A stretch of 64,000 bases of DNA. Source: Narcine bancroftii (lineage: Eukaryota). The stretch is taken from positions 234,298,001 through 234,362,000 of the forward strand of contig NC_091471.1 of assembly GCF_036971445.1 (NCBI RefSeq), read 5' to 3'. Below are positions 52,816 to 63,819 of this stretch, piece by piece. The notes below the pieces were generated by a model. That model saw nothing but the letters and a program-made list of their open reading frames with translations. It made no database searches and was not told where the DNA came from. How positions within the stretch are numbered: the first letter of the stretch is position 1; each line of letters begins with the position of its first letter. The translations under genes and the position numbers were made by a program.

Positions 52816-54189
52816 AGTCCCACTGATCTGCACACCCCTCCCATCCATGCACCTGTCCAAATTCTTCAAATGGAGCCCCCATTCACTGCCTCAGCTCATT
52901 CCAGACCCCCACCACTCTCCGTGTGAAGACGTTCCCCCTAAACATTTCCCCTTTCACTCTTAACCCACGTCCTCCGGTTTGTATCTCACCAACATTACAG
53001 CACAGTACAGGCCTTTCTGCCCACGATGTTGTGCCTACCCATATATACCTTCCCAAATAAACAAAGCTCTCCCTACCTCATAACCCTCTATTTTTCTTTT
53101 GTCCTGTTAAATGCCCCCAATTGTTCCAGCCTCCACCACTGTTGCCAGCAAGGCACTCCAGGCACGCACAACCTGTTCTCCTTCCCGTCCACATCCCTCT
53201 GTCTTATTTTCTCCAGTTGTTCACCCCTTTCTCTCTTACATTCACAGAGCCATTCCCCCCCCCCCTCCAACCCTGCTCGCTGGTATGCCCTCCCACATCC
53301 ACCTATTACCTGTGGGACCATGCTCCTCCCCCCACCATTTAGTTCGAACACCAGCCGACATTCTCCTTGATAAAGGGCTCAAGCCAGAAACGTCAGTTCT
53401 GCATCTTTACCTCTACTGTATAAAGAACTTGGTTTGACGTGCGGAGTTTCTCCAGCGTTGTGCTTTTCCTTCAACCTTGGTGTCTGCCGACTTTCGTGCT
53501 TTACTAACAACATCAGGCTGAGATGATTTGGCATTTCAAGACTCTGGAGAATTTTCTTGTGAGCTCCAGAGAGATTTCCTTGGCGGCTTTAGCTCATTTC
53601 TAGACTGAACACAAATCTCCCCCACATTGGCGTGATCTTCCAGGATCGTTGTTTGGAAAGGGTGCCAAAAATTACGGAGGACCCCTTCCACCCCACACAC
53701 GGCATCTTTCCCATCGGGGAAAAGATACAGGAGTATCAGGGCAGCACCACCAGGCCGAGGAACAGCTTCCCACGGGCATTGGGAATGGTGAAGGACCACC
53801 CGAGACTCTCATATTCACAAAACAATATTTGTATAGATGAATACTTCCCCTGTGTGTGTTGTGTCCGGCTGTGTACGTCTTTTACACCAGAGAACGCTGT
53901 TTTGTCAGGTTGTACTTGTGCAATCAGATCACGATAAACTTGAATATTCTCGTTACTTGCTGCAGAGTTAACTTTTTATGAGCTTCTAGCATCTGCAGGT
54001 TTTCTTAAATTCTAAAAGTAAATTGGATAGATTCATGGGTGAGAGGTGTCGAAGGTCATGGAACAGGTGCAGGTTAGTGGAACTGGCTGTATGATGTTTT
54101 CAGCACTGACTAGAAGAGCTGAATGGATTATTTTGTGTGTTGTCGTGTGCTATATTTTGTTTTATAGTCGATCTGCAGGCCATAGAAAC

Positions 54190-54660
54190 CCTCATTTCGC
54201 CTCGCAACCCCGGTGGGTCTGCATTTGCAAAGCGCTTCCCGTCTCCTCGGGACATTTGATTAACAGCTGGCTGGTAACCGGCCCGTCACGTGATCTACAG
54301 GAGGCACCAGCGGTAACGTCACTGGCGCCGGCACCCTTCCCCTCCTCAGGTCTGGGTTCGTCGACGTCACAGAGGGTTAGGCATCACGTGACCACTGTCG
54401 TGATGCCGGTTCACAGCAGGGGGCAGCATTAATCGCGGGAAGGGAGAGAGAAGACACGTTCGTTGGTGATGACGTCACGCGGGAGAAGGCGGGAAGCGGA
54501 GCCATCCCCATGGTTACGGCGGGATCATGATGATGGTGGTGGCGGCGGCGCTGCGAGCCCTGGGCTGGTTGCTGGCGGCAGGAGGCCTGGCCGGGGGTCC
54601 CGGCTCGTCGGAGGCGGCGGGGGAAGGCGTCAGGGCGGGTAGGGAGCGGGAGAGGGGTGA
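54190..54660 (+). promoter_or_regulatory. CpG-island promoter of the tectonic gene with CLEAR-like E-boxes, a full CRE and an X-box-like motif
   Basis: High CpG density; GTCACGTGAT 54285-54294, ATCACGTGAC 54383-54392, TGACGTCA 54470-54477, ATCCCCATGGTTAC 54504-54517. Confidence 0.7.
54527..54638 (+). CDS. Tectonic-family gene exon 1 (signal peptide)
   Basis: ATG in the CpG island; MMMVVAAALRALGWLLAAGGLAGGPGSSEAAGEGVRA is a hydrophobic leader; donor G|gtaggg in phase 1 matches the next exon. Confidence 0.75.
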
Positions 54661-54758
54661 GGGGCAGGGAGGGGGAAGGAATGGTGGGAGAGGGGGGAGG
54701 GGGTGAGAAGGAGGGACGGGAAGGAGGTCTAACCCCCTTCCCCGGTCTCGCTGTGCAG

Positions 54759-54870
54759 CCTGCCCCTGCGATCTCATCCCCGGCCTGTGTGAGCTCAGCT
54801 GCTGCTGTGACCCAGACTGCACCCCCGCCGACTACACCATCTTCTCCTCGTGTCAGCCTGGCAGCGAGCC
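54759..54870 (+). CDS. Tectonic-family (TCTN3/TCTN1-like) exon 2, Cys-rich N-terminal domain
   Basis: tgtgcag|CCTGCC...GAGCC|gtgagt; ACPCDLIPGLCELSCCCDPDCTPADYTIFSSCQPGSEP fits the tectonic signature CxCDLxPxxCxxxCCCDxDC...FSxC. Confidence 0.88.
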
Positions 54871-55640
54871 GTGAGTAGGGGAAGGGGGGATGGGGGTGGG
54901 GATGGGTGAGCAGTGAGTGGGGACGACAGGGGGGGGGGGTGGTTGATGGTACAGATTCGGCACCGCTTTCCCTCTGCCATACAAGCAACAAAACCTGTCT
55001 CGGCTTTCTGGAGGGAGGGGAACCAAACCGAGGTCAAAACAGTCTGGGTGGGGACATTGAAATAGATCCAAAGATGGAATATTCTGGCACAGTCCAGGCC
55101 CTTCGGCCCACCCATACAAACCTACTCCACAATCTAACTTTTCCCTCCCTTACACCCACAACCCTCTATTTTCTTTCCATCCATGTGCTTGTCCAAGTCT
55201 CTTAAACACCCCTATAGTTTCAGCCTCTACCACCATCCCTGGCAAGGCATTCCTTGCACCCATGTAATGGACCTTGGACAGCTTTATTTTCGAACCAGGG
55301 ACAAGACTGAAGTGCAGCACAAGGGAGAGGAGCGTGTGCTGTCAGGGGAGTGAGAGTCATGTTCTAGGAGTGTTGATGGCTGTCGGGAGAGCGAGAGTCA
55401 TGTGCTTGGAGTATTGACGGCTGTCGGGAGCAAGAGCCATGCGCTGGGAGTATTGACGGCTGTCAGGTTAACGAGAGCCATGTGCTGGGAGAACTTCGCC
55501 TTACAACTTACCGCACAGGTTGATAGAAAAGTTAAGAAGGCATGTGAGACGCTGGGCTTCATGAGACAGGGAGTCAAAAGGATGTGTTGCAACACTACAA
55601 ATCCAGTAAGATCACACTTGGAATATTGTTCAGTTATGGT

Positions 55641-56117
55641 TGTCAGAAATAAAACTTCTCACACATGAGTCTCTTTAAAACTGATGACACGACAAGCTTT
55701 ATTTACAAGTCTGCAGAGTTGGACTCAACTGGCTTCTCACCAGTTAAGCCCCGATACATACAGTGCATTGATTTTTATACCCTTATTATTTGCCCTTCCC
55801 CTTCTTATTAATACTGTTTTAATTGGTTAGTATTACAAAAACATTCTAAGTATAACTGCATTATTAATTATCACGTTCGTTACGTACGCTGTGAACTCTA
55901 CATTCACTAAATTCTGTTTCTCACACTTCTTATCAATCCTTTGTCTCCTGCATGTCTCTCACTATGACCATGAAAAGATAGGTTTAAAAAAAACATATTC
56001 AGCAGATCCTTCTGTCCTTGACTGCTAGTAAACTCTCTGTCCGTTCTGGCTTCCCTGTTTATGAATAATCATCACATTTTAACTTAAGTCTTTTTAACCT
56101 AAATTCTCTATATAACA
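55641..56117 (-). repeat. ERV 3' LTR (477 bp)
   Basis: Direct repeat of 62005-62477, differing by a 4-bp indel on visual comparison; preceded on the minus strand by PPT AAAGAGAGAAAGGGGTGGAT. Confidence 0.95.
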
Positions 56118-56135
56118 ATCCACCCCTTTCTCTCT

Positions 56136-56468
56136 TTAAAATGTGTGTATGCAAAACCAGAGTCCATCAGGGCATGGTGGGCCTGAGTCACCCTTCCAAC
56201 CGTTAAGAGGGAAAGGAGTGGTATTAGGAATCTGTATATAATGACCCATATTATTTCCTTCTTTTTCCACACAAGGGGTATATGGATGTTGGGTGGTATT
56301 TTCTGCCCAGCATTTCTCAGGAACTGAGGTATGGGAAATGAAATTACCTTCCTTTCTTCCCCAAATGTGGTCCTGAAACAGGACCACTGTGTCTCTGCAT
56401 TTCTTACATTTCACACCTGATAAAGACATAGCCAAACTAAGAAAAATCAAAGAACATAACAATAACAT
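56136..56468 (-). CDS. env: Truncated ERV env: signal peptide plus an N-terminal SU fragment (110 aa), no TM subunit
   Basis: ATG 6 nt after the pol stop; hydrophobic leader MLLLCSLIFLSLAMSLSG; Cys-rich with sequons NTT; its stop directly abuts the PPT. Confidence 0.7.
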   Translation of the reverse strand: MLLLCSLIFLSLAMSLSGVKCKKCRDTVVLFQDHIWGRKEGNFISHTSVPEKCWAENTTQHPYTPCVEKEGNNMGHYIQIPNTTPFPLNGWKGDSGPPCPDGLWFCIHTF

Positions 56469-56474
56469 TGTGAA

Positions 56475-59400
56475 TCAAGTCTTTCTGCGAAATCGCAAGG
56501 TAAGAGGTTTTTCTCCAGGAACACAAGTCCAATCTGAGTTCGTATCAGGGTCCTGAGGCGCCTCTACAGGTCCCTTAAATCTGGATGCGTGCGTCCACCC
56601 CTTCTCTCTTGTTCGTGCTGCAGCCTCTGTAGTTAAGAGAACTTGGTATGGACCTTCCCACTGGGGCTGGAGTTTTTCAGTTTTCCAGGTCTTGATGAGA
56701 ATCCAGTCTCGTGGTTCCACTTTGTGTAAAGAAAAGTCTAGAGGCGGTGTTTGTGCCAATAGTCCTCTCTTTCGTAAATCTGTAAGAGAACGTGACAGTG
56801 CCTGTAAATAGTTCCTAACAAATATATCCCCTTCCCCCAAGGTGGGACACCCCTCAACTGTACTCCAGAAGGGAAGCCCAAACATCATTTCATAAGGGGA
56901 ATTCTCAATAAGGCCAGGGGCAGACACTTTATCCAAGGCATTTTAGTTTCCACCATTAACTTTGTCAATTGGATTTTTAGTGTTCCATTCATACGTTCAA
57001 CCTTCCCTGAGCTTTGTGGATGCCATGGGGTATGTAATTTCCAAGAGACCTGTAATGCATTACAAATCAATTGCTGGATTTTTGAAGAAAAATGTGGACC
57101 CCTGTCTGAGTCTATAGAATCCATTATACCATATCTGGGGATTATCTGCTCTAGGAGGAGGCGAGCTACTGTAGAGGCTGTAGTATTTATTGTTGGGAAG
57201 GCTTCTACCCATCGGGTAAAGTGATCTATTATCACCAACAGATATTTCCATCTTTGAACTTGAGGTAACTCTGTGAAGTCGATCTGGATACGTTGAAAAG
57301 GGCGTATGGCTAATGGTTGACCTCCCATGGTCCCTGTCCTCATTATCTTCTTATTAATTTTTGTGCATAGGTAACAATTTTGCACCTCTTGTTGGGCCAA
57401 GGTGTAGATTCCCTTACACACATATTCTCGAAGCACTGTGTCACATAAGGCTTGGGTGCCCCAGTGGCTCTGATGATGCAGGTGTTTTAAAATATTGCGA
57501 GTTATTTCTTTATTTAGAACCATTCTTCCATCTGGTGTCTTCCATGTTCCATCAGGCAGCTGGCTTGCGCCCAGCTGAGCCATGTCCTTTTCTTCCTTAG
57601 CAGTGAAAATGGGAGCCTTCTTGATGCCTTGCCTTATTGGGATTAAGGTCAGCAAACGGACTTCTTGTTGCATGGCTGCCCTTTTGGCTTCTTCATCAGC
57701 CAGTCTGTTTCCAATTGCTGTCGGGGTATCTCCCCTCTGATGGCTTGGTATGTAGACCACTGCTATTTCCTGGGGTAATGTCAAGGCTTCTAAAGTCAGA
57801 GTAATCATCTGTTCGTGTGCCAATTCCTTTCCTCTTGATGTAATTAGACCACGCTCCTTCCAGATCTTACCAAAGGTATGCACTACCCCGTATGCGTATT
57901 TGGAATCAGTATAAATCGTTCCAGTTTTCTCTGCCAGTATTCTGAGGGCTCTCTGCAAGGCATATAGTTCACAGGATTGTGCTGACCAGCTTCCGGGTAG
58001 TCTCGTGGATTCTACTACTTTCCAAGTATTTCCTTCTATTATAGCATATCCACTTCTTCTCATTCCGTCAACACATCTGGCGGAGCCGTCAATGTAGAAT
58101 TCATATCCTTCTCCCAGTGGAGTATCGCAAAGGTCTTCTCGGGTCTTGGTCTGAAGATCTGTCAACTCGACACAGTCGTGCTCCACCTCTCTCTCTCTTT
58201 CACTGCCGTATAAAAACTGAGCTGGGTTGCAGCTATTAATCTTTGCAAATTGTAGATCTTCTCCAACCATTAAAATGGTTTCATACTTTAATATGCGAGA
58301 ATCAGTCAGCCATCGATGGGCAGTTTGTGTTAATAAAACACTCACAGAATGGGAGGTGTACACAGTCATCTTTCCTCCAAAAGTAAGTTTACGTGCTTCC
58401 TCTACCAACAGAGCAGCAGCCGCTACTCCCTGGATACACGTCGGCCATCCGCGAGACACTGGGTCCATCATTTTGGAAAGGAAAGCCACTGGGTGTCGCT
58501 GACCGCCTTTTTCCTGTGTTAAAACTCCCACAGCTGTTCCTTGGTTATGAGTGACAAATAGCTGGAAGGGCTGTTTTAAAGAGGGCAGAGTGAGTACTGG
58601 AGCTCGTGTTAGGCGATGCTTCAAGTCCTCAAACCATCCCTCCTCCTCCTGGGTCCATTTCAATGGATATTCATTTTCATTTGTCAGCTTTTCATACATA
58701 AACTTCACCAACGCTGAGTAGTCCTCTATCCATAACCTACAGTAACCTAAGAGTCCCAGGAATTGTCTTATTTCCTTCTTATTACGGGGTAACGGCATTC
58801 TAGTGATTTCCGCAATTCGTTCAGGGGTAATCCGTTTCTGTCCTTTACTTATCTGGTGTCCCAGATATACCACAGTTCTCTCAACGAACTGTAACTTGTT
58901 CCTGGACACCCGTAGACCCTTTTTCCCCAGATAATTCAAGAGTCTAATTGTATCTCCCCTCATTTCTTGTTCCTTGGGTCCTGATAATAGTAAATCATCC
59001 ACATACTGCATTAGTTGGGAATCATCAGATTGTGGATAGTCCATCAGGATTTGTTCTAGCATTTGTCCAAACAGGTTTGGAGATTCAGTGAACCCTTGGG
59101 GCAATACAGTCCACCGAAACTGTCTCCGTCTACCTGTCCATGGATTTTCCCATTCAAACGCAAACATATCTCTACTTTCCTCTTCTAATGGACACGTCCA
59201 GAAGGCATCCTTCAAGTCGATAACACTAAACCACTCATGGTCTGGGGGAATCCGACTCATAATAGTATAGGGATTAGGCACCACTGGGTGGCGGGTCTGA
59301 ACAATAGCATTCAAACTTCTTAGATCCTGAACTAGGCGATAGGATCCATCTGACTTTTTTACTGGGAGTATAGGGGTGTTATAAGGTGACATGCATTCTT

Positions 59401-59971
59401 CTAATAGTCCGTCTCGTATTAAAGTCTCAATTACCGGCTGTAGCCCTTTTCTCCCTTCCAAAGAAATAGGATACTGACGTTTCCTTACCGGCTGATGACC
59501 TGGTATTAATGTGACATGTAAAGGTGGGATGTCCAGACCTCCTCGATTTCCCTCCTTATACCAGACTCTCTCGTCAATCTGCCGTTCATCCTCTTCCTTT
59601 AAAGCGCAGAGGTGGACTCGCACTTCTCCGTCCACAGGGAGAGCACCCAAACCTAGGAGAGCCTGTAAGTCCCTTCCTAGGAGGTTAAATCCAGCCGAAG
59701 GTAATAACAAGAGGTCTTGTACCCCTTCTCTTTCTTCCAGTTTCACTGTTACTTGGGGAATTATTGATACCATTCTGGGAGCCCCTTCTATCCCAGAAAT
59801 TTTCAAATTACTTTTTACAGGTTCAGTCCCGATTGGCACAGTTATTACACTATTTCGTTCCGCTCCTGTGTCCACCATAAACACCACCTCTTCTCCCTTG
59901 GGACCAATTTTTAGTTTTACCAGGGGTTCCCTCTTATACTTGGTCCCTAACATTTGGAACCCCTGACCCCC
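56475..59971 (-). CDS. pol: ERV pro-pol (protease, RT, RNase H, integrase); deletion and frameshift in integrase at about 56895
   Basis: DTGA protease; LPQG and YVDD RT; YIDGS/YTDS RNase H; HHCC and D-D-E integrase; the C-terminal WEGPY segment continues in another frame (56475-56936). Confidence 0.95.
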
Positions 59972-61459
59972 CTAATCTTCCATAAGTTCGAGGGCACGCA
60001 ATTCCCTCTTGTATCGGGGGCATTCCCTCTTAAAGTGTCCTTCCTCATTGCAGTAATAGCACTTAACGAACCTCCGGGGTCTTCCCTCTCTTGGATATCT
60101 TGGATTGTTTAGAGGAAGGTTTTGTTTTCTTTCCCCTCTGGATTCGGCATTCATCTGTCGGATAGTCTGTACCATAACCTTTGTCGGCCTCTTTTGATCT
60201 TCTTCTTCTCTCTGCACATATACTTTTTGCGCCTTTTTTAACAGGTCGCTTAGGGGTTTTTCGCTCCAGTCCTCCTCCTTTTCTAGTTTCTTTCTAATGT
60301 CCTGCCATGATTTGGAAACAAATTCAATTCGAATAAGCTGTTCACCCATTGGTGTACTAGGGTCCACGCCCGCATACTGTTGGACATTCTTTCTCACCCT
60401 CTCCAAAAAATCAGTAGGGGACTCGTCTTTCCCCTGGTGGTTCCCAAATGCCTTGGTGAAATTGTGACCCTTTGGCACAGCCTCCCGTATCCCTTTAATT
60501 GTCCACTCTCTATATTGTCTCATACTTGCCAATCCCTCGGGTGTTCGTTTGTCCCACCTGGGTTCATTTAAGGGATATTTTTGTTCATGGGGTCTGGGGT
60601 CCCCAGGTTGTTCATATTCCCACATGAGGAGGGCAGCCCGTCGAATCATCTGCCTCTCCTGGGGTGAGAATAATGTTCCCATTATTGCCTGCATCTCTTC
60701 CCACGTATATGTGTTTGGTCCCAGGAATTGGTCGAGCTGTTCGGCCAGTCCTATAGGATCTTCCAATAACTTTTTCATTTCTTTCTTAAATCCCCGCACC
60801 TCTGTACTAGTTAGGGGAACATTCACATATCCCGTTCCCCCTCCCGGTCCTCCCATAGGAACTTCCCTCAGGGGATTTAGGCTTATTGAAAACTTTGATG
60901 GTCCTGGACCAGTCTGGGATCTTGTCCAGGGTCGGTTTACCGGTGGAAGTTTAGGGTCCGACTCCCTTAATTCATTCTTTTTTTCCCGGCCCCTTTCGGG
61001 GCAATCAGATTCATCACCTTTCCCCTCCGGTAATGAGCTTTCCTCGGGCGCAGTAGGCACCGGGGGAATATAAGGAGGGGGAAGGTTGTCCAGAGGTTCC
61101 CATTTCTTTTCTCCCGCTACCCTCAATTTAAAACATTTTGTTAAGGATCCTGGCCAGGGAACCCAACAAAATGCATATGCTGACTCTTCTTGATTCACCT
61201 TTGGTCTCGAATTTACATATATGTTTAATGCTTGTCTAACCCAATCCTCATCAGATCCAAATTTCGGCCACCAGACCGAGGAACCTTTAATAGGTTGTTT
61301 CGACCAAAGGAGACAATATTAAACCATCTTTTTCTTGTTTTTGTCTCGATATCTTTTACTATCCCAATTTTCAAACATTCTCCCCAAAGGGCTGTCAAGG
61401 GGTACTCCCAGGAATTGTCCTGAATTTTCAGACGAGCCCTTAGATTTTGATCCTCCCAT
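59972..61459 (-). pseudogene. gag: ERV gag with one premature stop
   Basis: Myristoylation-type start MGGSKSK; in-frame TAA at 61321-61319; PPPY late domain, MHR QGKDESPTDFLER, CCHC knuckle CYYCNEEGHFKREC; ends in TAG in frame with pol. Confidence 0.92.
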
Positions 61460-61984
61460 TTTCCCACCTAGATCTGTTTATCGTTGCTGAAGACCCTCTC
61501 GTTCTGGACCCTACTCCCTTCTTCTCAGACGCCTCGTCGGAGGTGCTGTCCCTCCTTCGGTTACCGCTGAGGTTTTCCTGGGGTTGACCCCTCTCTTCTC
61601 GGCACTTCGTCGGAGGTGCTATCCCTCCTTCGGTTACCGCCGAGGTTTCCCTGGGGTCTATCCTAGAGTCCCGCGACAGGGTCCTCACACCACGACAAAA
61701 GATCTATACTTAATCTATTCCGTTAGGTTTTTATCCAAACAGGTGTATCCCGTTACACCTGTTACCCAATCCCCACACCACAATCGTAAGTCGTCACTTA
61801 CCGGTGTCTTCCCGGGGATTGAACCGTCACCCTTCTCCTCTCCGTCTTGTCGTGTCACCCTGTCCGGATACCACTCGCTCAAGCCGCCCGAAGCGACGAG
61901 CAAGGGACTAGGAGCCGCTGAACTCAGCGGGGTGCACCGCCTCTGATGTCCCTCTTCTCGCCTCCCCTCACGGCCGGAGTGTAG

Positions 61985-62002
61985 ATCCCGGACGAGCCCC
62001 CA
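61985..62002 (-). other. Primer binding site, tRNA-Pro
   Basis: TGGGGGCTCGTCCGGGAT, the canonical tRNA-Pro PBS, 2 nt after the LTR end. Confidence 0.95.
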
Positions 62003-62004
62003 TT

Positions 62005-62477
62005 TGTCAGAAATAAAACTTCTCACACATGAGTCTCTTTAAAACTGATGACACGACAAGCTTTATTTACAAGTCTGCAGAGTTGGACTCAACTGGCTTC
62101 TCACCAGTTAAGCCCCGATACATACAGTGCATTGATTTTTATACCCTTATTATTTGCCCTTCCCCTTCTTATTAATACTGTTTTAATTGGTTAGTATTAC
62201 AAAAACATTCTAAGTATAACTGCATTATTATCACGTTCGTTACGTACGCTGTGAACTCTACATTCACTAAATTCTGTTTCTCACACTTCTTATCAATCCT
62301 TTGTCTCCTGCATGTCTCTCACTATGACCATGAAAAGATAGGTTTAAAAAAAACATATTCAGCAGATCCTTCTGTCCTTGACTGCTAGTAAACTCTCTGT
62401 CCGTTCTGGCTTCCCTGTTTATGAATAATCATCACATTTTAACTTAAGTCTTTTTAACCTAAATTCTCTATATAACA
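62005..62477 (-). repeat. ERV 5' LTR (473 bp)
   Basis: On the minus strand: CCAAT at about 62188, TATAAAA at 62143-62137, AATAAA at 62067-62062; adjacent to the PBS. Confidence 0.95.
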
Positions 62478-62611
62478 ATGGTCACCTCATAAAAGGAAGG
62501 ATGTGGAAGCTATGGGGAGGGTGCAGAGGAGATTCACCAGGATGTTGCCTGGATTGGAAAATGTATCTCATGAGGTAAGGTTAGCAGAGCTGGGACTTTT
62601 CTCTTTGGAGC

Positions 62612-63417
62612 TGTAACGTTGCAGACCAGCAACAATAAAAATTCACCAAGACAGTTATTTTAAAAATAATATATTTATTAATAATTACCAATAATATGAC
62701 CTTTAATTTACTTATCTAAATGTAACCCCCAACTATAAATGTGTGTGTGTATGGATTACCCCTACTGTTACATTTTAGCCACAATTCTGGAAAGTCGTTC
62801 CACAAGTTTAGTCTTAGAAATCCTGTGTTGAAACACAGACTTTTAAACTGATGCCTAGATGTAATTATGAAGGAGGTGAGACACAGTAATTAGACTGTCG
62901 GAAACTCACGAGTCCTTGTCAAGTTGCTTCCAGAGGAACATCCTTTCATGCGAACTGTTATCACAACTCCCCTTTTCCTTGTGTAGGGGAAAAGGAATGT
63001 GTTGCTTCCAAGATGCTTCCAAAACCCAGGCATGGGTCAGATGAAATGACCATCAAAACGGCCATGATCGAAATGCAGGAATGGTCCTGCTTCCTTTACC
63101 TAGATAATGGCCAATCAAAATGGTGGTTCAATGATAATTCCCCTGACAAGGAGAACCATCAGAATTGTCCATTTCACAGAGCCACTTCACCTGTTTTTTC
63201 AGATGACTTGCTGATCAATAATCATATGACTCCCACTCAGCATCCATTTTCTTTCCTACATAAAGAAACATTGTTCTCTTGTCTTGGTTGAGCATTAATT
63301 TTGTTTATAGTTTGGACTCCATGGTGCCAGGCAGTCTGTGACATGTGAAATCTGTGAATGTTTGTTCAATGCATCAACCCTCAAAGTAACATTCGCAAAA
63401 AAAAGGAGCTTGTAATA
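62612..63417. mobile_element. Probable solo LTR or other insertion splitting the CR1 in tectonic intron 2
   Basis: Begins TGTAAC; GAGC is duplicated at the flanks (62608-62611 and 63418-63421); the CR1 resumes afterwards; start is weakly similar to the 24006 element. Confidence 0.55.
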
Positions 63418-63819
63418 GAGCAAAGAAGGATGAGAGGAGACTTGATGGAGTTCTACAAGATTATGAGAGGCATCGCTAGGGTGGACAGCCAGCACCTGTT
63501 TCCCAAGGTTGTCTGTACAAAGTTAAGGGACGGAAGTTTCGAGGAGATATCAGCGTAAGTTTTTTTTTACACAGAGTTGTTGGTGCCTGGAATGGTGGTG
63601 GAGGATGGCACATTAGGGGCATTTTAAAGACTCTTGGACAGGCACATGGATGTGAGAATATAGAGGGTTATGGGGGAGGGAGAGTTTAGTTTTCATTTGG
63701 TAGAAATATTTAGGTTGACACAACATTTTGGGCTGAAGGGTCTGCACTGTGATGTTTTATGTTATATGTAAAGGCCCTGTAATAATTTGGAGTTCAATCC
63801 AGAAATAATTTGGAATCCA

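Larger units (their letters stand above)
55641..62477 (-). mobile_element. Endogenous retrovirus, class I/gamma-like (gag resembles HERV-I-related lineages); provirus with deleted env, antisense in tectonic intron 2
   Basis: Two TG...CA LTRs, TSD ATGGT (55636-55640 and 62478-62482), PBS, PPT and gag-pro-pol; it splits a CR1 fragment. Confidence 0.97.
55490..63765 (+). mobile_element. CR1 fragment split by the ERV and a second insertion
   Basis: gttcagttatggt|cacctcat continues across the ERV; ctctttggagc|aaagaagg continues across 62612-63417. Confidence 0.75.

Noticed and set aside
54377-54991. 204-aa minus-strand ORF over the CpG island
   Set aside because: GC-rich shadow ORF; the plus strand gives a coherent signal peptide and tectonic exon with correct splice phases
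61225-61467. 80-aa ORF proposed as a separate ERV accessory gene
   Set aside because: Out-of-frame shadow of the gag matrix region; the true gag frame starts at 61459 and has one nonsense codon
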